Shown here piece by piece: positions 17,550 through 25,885 of a DNA stretch of 64,000 bases. Source of the DNA: an uncultured Acidaminococcales bacterium. GTDB taxonomy: Bacteria > Bacillota > Negativicutes > Acidaminococcales > JAISLQ01. The stretch is from assembly GCA_964551985.1 (NCBI GenBank), contig CAZKFG010000001.1:40181-104180 (forward strand), given 5' to 3'. Numbering within the stretch: the stretch's first letter is position 1; each line of letters starts with the position of its first letter. The position numbers were made by a program, and so were the translations under genes. Under the pieces are notes generated by a model. That model was not told the origin of the DNA. It saw only the letters and a program-made list of their open reading frames with translations, and searched no databases.

Positions 17550-18224
17550 ATGAGTAAAGATAACACTACATCTCAACCGGCAATAGAATATGATGCTAAT
17601 ATAACAAAAACTATACCCTACTACCAAACTATCCAAAAAGAGAGTTTAAAACTTATATCTCAATTAAATCCTAATCCTCAAACCTGGCTGGATGCTGGAT
17701 GTGGTACAGCAAATTTAGCACAACAAGCAATGCAACTGTTTCTAAATTGCAAATTTACCCTCTCCGACCCATCTGAACAAATGCTAAACATTGCTAAAGA
17801 AAAGCTTAATTCTTACAATTGTACATTTTTATTCGGTGGTACAGAAGATTTGCAATTACCTAAAGACAATTTTGATGTAATAACAGCCTTTCTATCGCAT
17901 CATTACTCTAGTAGAGAAATAAAAGAAAATATTTTAAGCAATTGTTATCACGCCTTAAAACAAGAGGGCATTTATATGACAATAGAAACTGTTCTCAAAG
18001 ACTCTAAATTAGCTATAGATACAGGAACAGAGCTATGGCGACAAGCCCAAATAACAGCAGGAAAAACTGTAGATGCCGCCAACAAACACGTAAGTAGGCT
18101 TGGCACAGAACTTGCCCCAGTAACAATACACGAACATTTTGACTTAATGAAAAAAGCAGGCTTTAAAATAGTAGAACTATACTGGGTTTCAGGAATGCAA
18201 GCTGCTTTTTATGCAATTAAATAA
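17550..18224 (+). CDS. Class I SAM-dependent methyltransferase, CmoA-like
   Basis: LDAGCGTANLA (motif I). The overall layout and C-terminal KKAGFKIVELYW...AFYAIK resemble CmoA. The ATG at 17550 follows AAGGTGG; the track start of 17514 overlaps the upstream gene. Confidence 0.7.
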   Translation: MSKDNTTSQPAIEYDANITKTIPYYQTIQKESLKLISQLNPNPQTWLDAGCGTANLAQQAMQLFLNCKFTLSDPSEQMLNIAKEKLNSYNCTFLFGGTEDLQLPKDNFDVITAFLSHHYSSREIKENILSNCYHALKQEGIYMTIETVLKDSKLAIDTGTELWRQAQITAGKTVDAANKHVSRLGTELAPVTIHEHFDLMKKAGFKIVELYWVSGMQAAFYAIK

Positions 18225-18256
18225 ATAAAAAACCCTGCACATGCAGGGTTTTTTAT
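18225..18256. terminator. Bidirectional Rho-independent terminator between convergent genes
   Basis: AAAAAACCCTGCA-CA-TGCAGGGTTTTTT, a GC-rich stem flanked by A and T runs. Confidence 0.8.
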
Positions 18257-19377
18257 TACGCTTTAGCAACAACTTTGACTACCGCATTTTTATATAAATT
18301 AAATATTTGTTGTGCATTTAAATTATTGTGATTGCTACCATATAACAAATTATTACCACCATCAACACTGTTAGCAAGTACATATAAATAATCTGTTTTT
18401 ATAGCAAAATTAACATTTTGAGCTACATTAACATTCATCCCTGACGAAGTTATTCCCACAACTTCGCCTTTAGCATTAAACATCGGTCCACCACTATTCC
18501 CAGGTTGTATAGGTATACTAATCTGCAAAAATCTTATATCATTATTGAACCCAGCGATACTGTTTACTATTCCTTCACTCACTTTTGCTTTTTCGCCAAG
18601 AGTGTCCCCTAGTGGATGTCCTATTGTAAATACCGGCTCGCCAGGTTTTACATTTTTCGCATTACCCATTTTCAGTGGTTCTAAGTCAACAAACGATGCT
18701 ATCTTTAAAATAGCCAAATCATTTGCCGGATCAGTTCCTACGACAGTTGCCGCTATTTTAGCACCCGAGTCTAAAACAATATCAACCTCTTTTGCTTTGG
18801 CAACAACGTGATGATTTGTAGCAATTAAGTTTTTCGTGATAAAAAATCCTGTTCCAGTGCCACTAGGCTTTACTTGACCGGCATCTGCTTGAACGTAGTT
18901 AGTTCTTACAAGCACACCTTGCTCAAAACCAATTATATTGTAATTAATAACATCCTGATCTCTACCTGATATAACAAATAATGTATTGCTATTAGATTTA
19001 GCACCCCAACCATTTACAAGAACCCAAAATCCTTTATACACATTACTATTAGCCATTTTTCTAAAAGCAATCATAGTTTGACTACCTTTAAATTTACCAG
19101 AAGTGTAATTTCCGAAAACTATACCAATATAATCATAATCGCTATAAAAATTAGAAGTGTTTTTTACAATTGCTATATCCCAATTAGTACTGGCATCATT
19201 CCAAACGCCTTCAATGCTGTCAAGTTCTCTATTAGTAAAAAATTTCTGAATTAATTCTTCTCGAGTTAATTTCCCAAAAGGATAATGTTTGGTCGCTTCT
19301 TCTTCCGCACTACAAACACCTGTAGAAAAAACTATCAAAGTACACATTAAAATAAACAAACTAAAAATCTTGCGCAA
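18256..19377 (-). CDS. Secreted trypsin-like serine protease (S1C-like, no PDZ) with an unknown N-terminal domain
   Basis: Signal peptide MRKIFSLFILMCTLIVFSTGVCSA. Catalytic-region motifs TNHHV, NDLAILK and GNSGGPMF. TTG start after AGGAGG. Confidence 0.8.
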   Translation of the reverse strand: MRKIFSLFILMCTLIVFSTGVCSAEEEATKHYPFGKLTREELIQKFFTNRELDSIEGVWNDASTNWDIAIVKNTSNFYSDYDYIGIVFGNYTSGKFKGSQTMIAFRKMANSNVYKGFWVLVNGWGAKSNSNTLFVISGRDQDVINYNIIGFEQGVLVRTNYVQADAGQVKPSGTGTGFFITKNLIATNHHVVAKAKEVDIVLDSGAKIAATVVGTDPANDLAILKIASFVDLEPLKMGNAKNVKPGEPVFTIGHPLGDTLGEKAKVSEGIVNSIAGFNNDIRFLQISIPIQPGNSGGPMFNAKGEVVGITSSGMNVNVAQNVNFAIKTDYLYVLANSVDGGNNLLYGSNHNNLNAQQIFNLYKNAVVKVVAKA

Positions 19378-19460
19378 ACAAACCGCCTCCTTAAAATCAT
19401 GCCATATAATTCCTATGTGTATATTTTACTAAATATTGATTGTAAGAGCAATTATTTTTT

Positions 19461-19499
19461 GCAAACAAAAAATAACCTTCCATAATATGGAAGGTTATT
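19461..19499 (-). terminator. Rho-independent terminator (11-bp stem)
   Basis: AATAACCTTCC-ataatat-GGAAGGTTATT. On the minus strand it is followed by TTTTTTGTTT. It lies about 520 nt downstream of the last locus-2 gene. Confidence 0.7.
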
Positions 19500-19550
19500 T
19501 TATTGAACTGATAGTTAAGTAAGCTTCCAAAAACAAATCTAATTAGCAGA

Positions 19551-19573
19551 TTTATTTTTACATCATGCCGCCC
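19551..19573. repeat. Direct repeat copy 1 (23 nt) identical to the groEL 3' end
   Basis: TTTATTTTTACATCATGCCGCCC is identical to 34047-34069. On the minus strand it reads GGCGGCATGATGTAA (GGMM-stop) plus downstream bases. Confidence 0.75.
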
Positions 19574-20022
19574 TGATAATTCTCGTTTAGTATAGTTTGC
19601 TTAATTTGATATAGTGAGCTAAATAGCTGGTTTTTTAAAAATACTGTTAGGTTTAGTTTGAATGATTTTATTATAAAAATATAATTATGTGGTCAAATAA
19701 ACTCATATATAGATACTACACAATTCTTACAAAAATTGTCATCACTTAAAACCAAGCAGAAGTTTGTAAATATGATAAGTTGCTTTTTCTATTTTTATCA
19801 CTTTTCAAAAACTCTGTATTTTAAATTCTTTTCAATGTGTATTTTCGCATTGTAACCTAACTATTTTTACCTATCTTTAATTATCGTTGCTGCGAATTTT
19901 CCACTAAAATCAAACATTTTATGCGATTTTAAACCATTGACAATAACATCTGTACACTCATGTAGTATTTTGTTTAGTGTCAAATAAATAATAAGACAAA
20001 TATACTTTGTTGTTTTAATTAT

Positions 20023-20673
20023 TCAAAAAGTAATAAACTTAATATTTTCTGAGATAATTAAATCTGCTTCTGTTGCTGCAACAACATCTTCTATACTAAC
20101 TTCTTTATCAATTTCTTTAAGTATTAGACCATCATTCGTTTTTTCTATTACAGCCATTTCAGTAATAATTAAATCCACTTGATTTACAGCTGTAAATGGC
20201 AGGCGGCATTTATTTAGTATTTTTGCCTCTCCTTTAGAAGTATGTTCCATTGCTATAATTACTTTTTTAGCACCAACAACCAAATCCATTGCACCACCCA
20301 TTCCAGGCACTTTTTTGCCTGGAATAATCCAATTAGATAAATTACCGTACTTGTCAACCTCCAAAGCGCCTAAAACGGTTGCTGCTAAGTGTCCTCCACG
20401 AATTATACCAAATGATGTTGCACTATCAAAGCATGCCGCACCAGCAATCATAGTAACAGGAATTCCCCCTGCATTAACTATATCTTTATCTTCTTTACCT
20501 TTGGCAGGACTAGGACCAACACCTAAAAAACCGTTTTCAGAGTGTAAGACTATATTTACACCTTCAGGCAAATAGTTCGCAACTAGTGTAGGAATACCAA
20601 TACCCAAATTTACGTAATCATTATTTACAAATTCTTTTGCTGTACGTCTAGCAATTTTTTCTTTAGCATCCAT
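20023..20673 (-). CDS. atoA: Acetate/3-oxoacid CoA-transferase subunit B (AtoA/CtfB/ScoB-like)
   Basis: HSENGFLGVGP (catalytic Glu motif). 216 aa, adjacent to the A subunit. Confidence 0.85.
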   Translation of the reverse strand: MDAKEKIARRTAKEFVNNDYVNLGIGIPTLVANYLPEGVNIVLHSENGFLGVGPSPAKGKEDKDIVNAGGIPVTMIAGAACFDSATSFGIIRGGHLAATVLGALEVDKYGNLSNWIIPGKKVPGMGGAMDLVVGAKKVIIAMEHTSKGEAKILNKCRLPFTAVNQVDLIITEMAVIEKTNDGLILKEIDKEVSIEDVVAATEADLIISENIKFITF

Positions 20674-20677
20674 TTTA

Positions 20678-21334
20678 TCACCTCTCGTCTACAACCAAAT
20701 AGTCCACAAAAATGCCTGGTGTTACAACATGTTCTGGCTCAATCTCACCAACCTCTACCAATTGTTCAATTTCAGCAATGACAATTTTGGCTGCACTAGC
20801 CATAAGTGGGTTAAAGTTCCTCGCTGAAGCACGATAAACAAGGTTTCCCATTTTATCAGCTTTATATGCTTTAATTAAAGCAATATCTGCTAATAACGGT
20901 AATTCTAGTAAATATTCCTTATCCTCTATTTTTATTATTTGCTTACCCTCTTGGACAATAGTCCCAACACCTGTTGGTGTTAAAAATCCACCAAGTCCAA
21001 ATCCTGCACATCGTATTTTCTCTGCTAGAGTGCCTTGTGGAATTAAATTTACTGTAACTTTACCATTATTCATTTGCTCGCCAGTTTTGGGATTAGTGCC
21101 AATATGACTTACATATAATGTAGATATTTGTTCGTTATCAATAAGTTTACCAATAGCTCTATCTATAAAAGCTGTGTCATTAGCAATAACAGTTAGATTG
21201 TTAACAGGTCTTATCGATAGCTGTTCTAAGATTAAATCTGGACTACCACAGCCTAAAAAACCACCTATCATTAAAGTAGATTTAGTTTGAACAAAATCCG
21301 CTGCTTGAATATCTGTTATAATTTTTACTGTCAC
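20678..21334 (-). CDS. atoD: Acetate/3-oxoacid CoA-transferase subunit A (AtoD/CtfA/ScoA-like)
   Basis: IGGFLGCGSP, ANDTAF, SHIGTNP and GLGGFLTPTGVGT closely match E. coli AtoD as recalled. GTG start after AGGAGG. Confidence 0.85.
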   Translation of the reverse strand: MTVKIITDIQAADFVQTKSTLMIGGFLGCGSPDLILEQLSIRPVNNLTVIANDTAFIDRAIGKLIDNEQISTLYVSHIGTNPKTGEQMNNGKVTVNLIPQGTLAEKIRCAGFGLGGFLTPTGVGTIVQEGKQIIKIEDKEYLLELPLLADIALIKAYKADKMGNLVYRASARNFNPLMASAAKIVIAEIEQLVEVGEIEPEHVVTPGIFVDYLVVDER

Positions 21335-21404
21335 CAGTACACCTCCTAATCACAAAAAATCGGTTAAAATAGCAAACGAAAAAAATATTCGTTTGCTATT
21401 TTAT

Positions 21405-21779
21405 TTATCCTTGATTGACTGCCTCACTAGAATTTTCTCTTGCTGGTGTATAGATAACAAGAAATGTTGCCGCGTCTGTTTGGCAAATAACTTTATGAAG
21501 GCTATTTTTAAAGAATATAATAAAATCGTCTTTTCCCAAAACAACATCATCACCATCGCCAGTAACTTTTAGCTGACCACTTAACACAAACATACACTGT
21601 TCAAACTCTGAATGAAAATGTGCTTTTGCATGACCTGTTTTACCCATTTTCCCATATATAACCTCTATATGTTCAGCGCCATCTTTTGGACCAATAAGAC
21701 GCCTGTTAAAAGTATCATCGTGTCCTGGTGGCGTATATTCTTTTATCTCTTTAAAAGAAACTTTTTTGTATCGATTCAT
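21405..21779 (-). CDS. Cupin-domain protein
   Basis: 124 aa. GHAKAHFHSEFEQCMFVLSG matches the cupin motif-1 pattern. Confidence 0.75.
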   Translation of the reverse strand: MNRYKKVSFKEIKEYTPPGHDDTFNRRLIGPKDGAEHIEVIYGKMGKTGHAKAHFHSEFEQCMFVLSGQLKVTGDGDDVVLGKDDFIIFFKNSLHKVICQTDAATFLVIYTPARENSSEAVNQG

Positions 21780-21794
21780 TCTATGCCTCCAAAT

Positions 21795-22889
21795 CTAGTC
21801 TGGAAATCTTTGACCCACTTTTTCGCCTTGCTTTTCTTTGCGTTCTTTCAAGCCCTTACGTTTAAAATCTTCGTTTGCTTTTGTTAAAAGCTTACCGTGT
21901 ACAATACAGTCAGACCGAAGTCTCCTACCTATTGTCCGCTCCAGTTGTCTACCTAATGTAATAATTTGATCCATATCAATACCTGTTTCAATGCCCATCT
22001 CTTGCATCATCATAAGCATATCTTCTGTATTGACAAGTCCAACAGCATTTGGACAATTATAATAGTAGCTACCAGTACCACGAATTGGAGTATCATCCAT
22101 AAAGTTTGCTGGTTGCCCGCCAAGTCCACCCAAAGTGCTTTCAAAATTAGTTATTCCTGCTTGTAGAGTTGCCAATACATTTGCCATGCCCCAACCACGT
22201 GTCTCGTGAAAATGTGCTATATGCACTTTAGTGTCTGGTATAGCATCTAAAAGACTAGAAAAATAACTATAAACTTTATCCGGAGAAGATGACCCATCAT
22301 GATCAGCATGCTCCACATCATCAGCACCAATATCTAGCCATTTTTTAGTAAATAAAATTGCGTCAGAAAATTTCGTTGGTCCAGAAATTGGGCTACCCCA
22401 AATAGTACTTACTGTTCCATTCACCTTTATTCCAGCGTCATGAGCTTTTTGGATGCATCGTTCTGCTTCTTTCCAATATTCAGGTAAAGTTGTACCAGAA
22501 TTAGCATAATGATGCTCTTCGTCTGTTGACACCATCATCAATATCCTATCAGGACCAACGCCTTGTTTTTTCAATTCAATGGCTCTATCTACTGCAGACT
22601 CACGAATTGTTACGCAAGTTATTTCGACATCTTTCATGTCAATTCCAAATCTTGAAATATTTTTGCTATTTCTAAGACGCTCTAGCAGAATTTGCGCATC
22701 TTTAAATTGCGGCATGTTAGTAGGATTACCAAGATTTGTCAATTCTATTTTTCTTAAACCAGCAATTATAAGTTGCTCTGCATAATACAACTTTGCCTCA
22801 GTAGAAATAAACTTTTCTTCATGCTGAAAACCATCACGAATTGTAATGTCACCAATACTTACCTTTTTTGGATATTTAAAAACTGACAT
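21795..22889 (-). CDS. HMGL-like (pyruvate carboxyltransferase fold) lyase with a Lys/Glu-rich C-terminal extension
   Basis: DITIRDGFQHE, HFHETRGWG and GGLGGQP motifs. About 364 aa. The ATG at 22889 follows GGGGG; the track start is 22904. Confidence 0.8.
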   Translation of the reverse strand: MSVFKYPKKVSIGDITIRDGFQHEEKFISTEAKLYYAEQLIIAGLRKIELTNLGNPTNMPQFKDAQILLERLRNSKNISRFGIDMKDVEITCVTIRESAVDRAIELKKQGVGPDRILMMVSTDEEHHYANSGTTLPEYWKEAERCIQKAHDAGIKVNGTVSTIWGSPISGPTKFSDAILFTKKWLDIGADDVEHADHDGSSSPDKVYSYFSSLLDAIPDTKVHIAHFHETRGWGMANVLATLQAGITNFESTLGGLGGQPANFMDDTPIRGTGSYYYNCPNAVGLVNTEDMLMMMQEMGIETGIDMDQIITLGRQLERTIGRRLRSDCIVHGKLLTKANEDFKRKGLKERKEKQGEKVGQRFPD

Positions 22890-22915
22890 AATAAAAACCC
22901 CCATTTAAAATATTT

Positions 22916-24127
22916 TTATCCCTCATTTACCCCTAAAGCACCAGCTTTTTTGAATTGTTCAATTTTTTCTTTATTAAAGCCAAGTACTTTTTCTAATATT
23001 TGTTCACTATGCTCACCCAATAATGGTGGTCCTTTGCGAATAGTTGTTACTGTATCAGAAAATCTTATTGGACAAGCAATTGCTTTCATCGTCTGACCAC
23101 TTGGTGTATGCATATCAACAATCATTTCTCTATCTTCTACAATGTGCTTATCTGTTACGATTTTGTCTACAGTATAAATAGGTGCACTAGGTATACTATT
23201 TTTCAAAAGCAAATCGACAATATCTGCTACAGTTTTATCTTTAGTCCACAAAACAACTTCTTTGGTCAATTCTGCATGGTTTTTTACTCGATTTGGATTA
23301 TGTTCATATTTTTTATTTGCTAACAAATCCAACCTGTTAATAGTTTTACAAAACCTTTCCCAGACGGCGTCATTGCCAACAGCTATAACTACCCATCCAT
23401 CTAGAGCTTCAAAGGTATCATAAGGGCAAATAAATTCATACCTGTTGCCCGTTCTACCAGGAACTCGACCTTCCACAAGATAAATTTGCAGCAGTGTCTC
23501 CATTGAACTTACAACACAATCTACCAATGATACATCTATAGATTGCCCTTTGCCAGTGTTATTACGACTGTTTATCGCTGCCAAAATACCAATACAACAA
23601 TTAAGTCCGCCTAAAATATCACCCATTGCTGTACCGCTTCTAGTTGGTGGAGAAGTTGGCCAACCACTAACGCTCATAAGTCCACCCATTGCTTGACCTA
23701 TAATGTCATAACCTGGTCTTTGCGAATAACAACCAGTTTGACCAAAGCCAGAAATTGAAGCAAAAATAATTTTCTCATTGATTTTTTTCAGTTGCTCATA
23801 ATCAGCACCTAACTTTTTCATCGTACCAGGCTTATAGTTTTCCACAATAACATCTGCTGTTTTGACAAGCTCAAAAAAAACCTCTCTACCTTTTTGATTT
23901 TTCAAATCCAAAGTTATACTGCTTTTATTTCTATTCATATTGCCAAAATAAGCGCTAAAACCATCCGGCAAAAATGGCGGATAACCTCTTGTATCATCAC
24001 CTTTACTAGGTTCTTCAATCTTTATAACTTCTGCACCCATGTCGGCTAAAAGCATAGTACAAAAAGGTCCTGCTAAAACCCGGCTCAAATCAACTATTTT
24101 TATGCCCTCTAACGCACCTTTTAACAA
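22916..24127 (-). CDS. Family III (CaiB/BaiF-type) CoA-transferase, paralogue of 4005-5198
   Basis: IKIVDLSRVLAGPFCTMLLADMGAEVIKIE and YDIIGQAMGGLMSVSGWP. TTG at 24127 follows GTGAGGTG and aligns with the paralogue's N-terminus; the track start is GTG 24136. Confidence 0.9.
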   Translation of the reverse strand: MLKGALEGIKIVDLSRVLAGPFCTMLLADMGAEVIKIEEPSKGDDTRGYPPFLPDGFSAYFGNMNRNKSSITLDLKNQKGREVFFELVKTADVIVENYKPGTMKKLGADYEQLKKINEKIIFASISGFGQTGCYSQRPGYDIIGQAMGGLMSVSGWPTSPPTRSGTAMGDILGGLNCCIGILAAINSRNNTGKGQSIDVSLVDCVVSSMETLLQIYLVEGRVPGRTGNRYEFICPYDTFEALDGWVVIAVGNDAVWERFCKTINRLDLLANKKYEHNPNRVKNHAELTKEVVLWTKDKTVADIVDLLLKNSIPSAPIYTVDKIVTDKHIVEDREMIVDMHTPSGQTMKAIACPIRFSDTVTTIRKGPPLLGEHSEQILEKVLGFNKEKIEQFKKAGALGVNEG

Positions 24128-24141
24128 AGCTATCACCTCAC

Positions 24142-24573
24142 TTATTTTTTAGTAATCTCAATAATGCCTCTATCTCCATCAACTTTAACCCAATCACCTG
24201 TTTTGACAATTTCTATAATATTTTTGTCAAATCTATCAACTATTGGCATTACCTTATCATAGAGTTTTTTTCCTAAAATAGAGCCAACAGCTATAAGTCC
24301 TTCTGTTTCCATATTCAAAATAGCTTTTGGTGCATTATTGCATCTTATAGTTTCTAACATCCAAGTTGATGTGCTAGTTGAACCTTTGCCATATGGGTAA
24401 ATTAAAACGGTATCTTTAACGCAAATACCATTTAGAGGAACTCTCACATCATCAATATTCCCAGTTGCAGGATCAACTCCGTGCGACCAAACAAGCGCAA
24501 CATCACTAACCAAGGCTTGTCCTTCAACTATACCACCAACTATTTTTCGTCCTTTTAAAATAATTTTCTCCAT
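24142..24573 (-). CDS. Aconitase X swivel-domain small subunit (DUF126)
   Basis: About 143 aa. GRKIVGGIVEGQALVS...DPATGNI...YPYGKGSTSTSTWMLE...NAPKAI is the DUF126 pattern. It sits directly after the DUF521 gene. Confidence 0.8.
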   Translation of the reverse strand: MEKIILKGRKIVGGIVEGQALVSDVALVWSHGVDPATGNIDDVRVPLNGICVKDTVLIYPYGKGSTSTSTWMLETIRCNNAPKAILNMETEGLIAVGSILGKKLYDKVMPIVDRFDKNIIEIVKTGDWVKVDGDRGIIEITKK

Positions 24574-24588
24574 TATCTTTACCATCCT

Positions 24589-25803
24589 TTAAGCTAATAT
24601 AGCCTTTACGCAATCATCAACAGACGCGTAAATCAATCCCACACCATGTTCGGAAGGCAAATAACTAGCAAATTTACCAGAATCAGTAATAATAGTCTTA
24701 TACCCACGAGGAAATGGGCTAATAACAAGGCAACTAGATGTTAATATTTTTATACCTGCTTGTTTTAAATTGTGTATTATATCCATTCTTTCGGCAGTAT
24801 TATAAGTAGCAAATGGCGTATATACCCAAAACTCTTTGTTAGGCTTTACCTTTTTCCCTTGCACTAAATCCGCTAACATCTTTAATTCCCAAATAGAATA
24901 ATGAGGACAACCAACAACTGCAATCTCTGGTTCACCAGACGATGATGTAGTCATTTGTTTTTGAGTGCTTTTAATATCCTCATATGTCCAGGTAATTTCT
25001 TGTTCCGGTTTTTGACCAGCAAACGGGTCTTTACCTGTGGCCTCTGGTGTTACTCCTAAAATATGATAAAGTGCTACACTGCCACTTGATGCTGCTGCCG
25101 CACCAAGATATTTTAAATTATCACTTGTGCAATTTATTGGAACACCATCAAAAGCACAAATTTTTGTACCAGCAAATTTCCCTAACATAATTCCTAAAGT
25201 GTTATAATCTAACATAGTCAATTCTTTAACTTGTAAATTTATTTTTACTGTTGCTATGCGATTTTCATCTAAATACATACGTTCTTTAGGAATTCTACCA
25301 GTAATAGCGGCACAAATAGCTAAACCTGCCGGAGTTCTGTTTGTTCTTGCTCCAATAACAGAATTTGCATAAGAGACAGCGGAAGATTCTGCCCAAGCAA
25401 TATTTTCACCAAAGCGTGGCACAACGCCAACATTATAAGGAGTGCAACTCCATGTCAAAACTTCTCCTAACTGCTTTACTGCTTGTGCCATTTTTAATTG
25501 CTTATTAGCATATTTACTGTCAAAGCCTTCTTGTTCCCAACTATCGAAAGGAATTGATGCTGGATCTTGTGTTGTTGGCACACAACACTTCCCACCCAAA
25601 CCAGCTAATTTTTCCAACCACTGTAACCCAGCATCGTGTACAGAGCCATAATGCGCCATTGCCTGTACAGATGCCACTGGGATGAAACATTGTGCACCAA
25701 AAGCTTCTGCTAAATCCAACAACACTTCCATTGCAATTTGAACAGCTTCACCGTTTTTACCATCTAACATTTCTCGCTCTGTAGTAGTTAACCTAACTGT
25801 CAT
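24589..25803 (-). CDS. Aconitase X catalytic large subunit (DUF521)
   Basis: N-terminal LTTTEREMLDGKNGEAVQIAMEVLLDLAEAFGA is typical of DUF521. About 404 aa. The ATG at 25803 follows AGAGGTGGA; the track start is 25848. Confidence 0.8.
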   Translation of the reverse strand: MTVRLTTTEREMLDGKNGEAVQIAMEVLLDLAEAFGAQCFIPVASVQAMAHYGSVHDAGLQWLEKLAGLGGKCCVPTTQDPASIPFDSWEQEGFDSKYANKQLKMAQAVKQLGEVLTWSCTPYNVGVVPRFGENIAWAESSAVSYANSVIGARTNRTPAGLAICAAITGRIPKERMYLDENRIATVKINLQVKELTMLDYNTLGIMLGKFAGTKICAFDGVPINCTSDNLKYLGAAAASSGSVALYHILGVTPEATGKDPFAGQKPEQEITWTYEDIKSTQKQMTTSSSGEPEIAVVGCPHYSIWELKMLADLVQGKKVKPNKEFWVYTPFATYNTAERMDIIHNLKQAGIKILTSSCLVISPFPRGYKTIITDSGKFASYLPSEHGVGLIYASVDDCVKAILA

Positions 25804-25885
25804 ATTTCCACCTCTTGCAATATTAATTTTTCTAGCTTTGAAATCCATGTAGTGTTCTTAATGCTTTTGTATTCCATAGTTATAA

